Origin: Pristiophorus japonicus
Lineage: Eukaryota
NCBI RefSeq assembly: GCF_044704955.1
Contig: NC_091985.1
Location: 138,632,001 to 138,696,000, forward strand
Direction of reading: 5' to 3'
Length of the DNA: 64,000 nucleotides
Below, piece by piece: positions 63,535 to 64,000 of the stretch. The notes beneath the pieces were generated by a model. That model was not told where the DNA came from and ran no database searches. It saw only the letters and a program-made list of their open reading frames with translations. The number at the start of each line of letters is the position of its first letter. The stretch's first letter is position 1. A program made the translations under genes and the position numbers.

Positions 63535-64000
63535 TAGTTTGTTTGTTGGGCAAGAGGTAAATGTTAGAATGTTAACCATCATAGCAGATAAAACTATTTC
63601 CCTCAATTGATAAATGGCATCGAGGGAACATGTTGCCTTTGTTTCAGTAATTTGAAACAATACACAACTGAGAGAAAAAAACAAGTCATCACCAAACATA
63701 TCATGGCATCAAAAGGATCAATCAGTAACTTATGTGCATAAGCAAAAGGCAGTGCTTTACGAAAGTCAAGTTGTTCACTATCGAGGTCATCGCGGGTCTT
63801 TCCTTAAAACCTGACTAGACAGAAATGTTATAAATCGAGTACAAATTGCAGTGTTAGCACATTTCCTTTCTGCAGACTGCATTTCCTCAGGCCGAACAAT
63901 GAACCCAGTCAATAAGTTCGAGGAAATTGTCTTGGTTTGGTAAAAAGACATTTGTCTCTGCGTCTGTCAACAGAGGCAGTGAAGTAAATTTTTGTGCACA

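Larger units (their letters stand above)
62553..63667 (-). pseudogene. Candidate Ig-like (D1) remnants, interrupted by a MITE and a retroposon
   Basis: After acceptor ttttttctctcag at 63668: HVPSMPFIN*GK*FYLL; after the AG at 62787: CCDNSNILY*RNGKVV. Weak similarity to gp130-family D1; the spacing does not fit well. Confidence 0.2.

Overview
Eukaryotic, repeat-dominated DNA. The repeat content (CR1 LINEs, Deu-domain tRNA SINEs, L2, RTE, Mag-type Ty3/Gypsy, Harbinger) suggests a cartilaginous fish; the taxon is my inference. There are no prokaryotic genes, no CRISPR array and no intact host gene. Four Ty3/Gypsy proviruses are bounded by LTR pairs and 5-bp TSDs (923-3749, 20407-24797, 48602-57604, and 49939-54480 nested in the previous one). 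The window also holds a gag-protease-only LTR element with a 24-bp tandem array, a solo LTR, two Harbinger elements carrying Myb/SANT genes, several MITEs, and many LINE and SINE fragments. The most interesting signal is in the unique DNA between repeats. About ten minus-strand exon-like islands translate, in the expected order, to pieces resembling a gp130/IL6ST-family class I cytokine receptor (Ig, cytokine-binding region, three FN3 domains, TM, Box1, tail with YSTPV), broken by stops, frameshifts and a mutated splice acceptor. This is probably a decayed pseudogene, but it was aligned by eye against remembered sequences and needs a homology search. Other notable items are CTCF-like motifs in all LTR families, a twin-primed 5'-inverted RTE insertion, an internal inversion in a Gypsy element, and a short templated insertion. 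Boundaries of degraded repeats are approximate.
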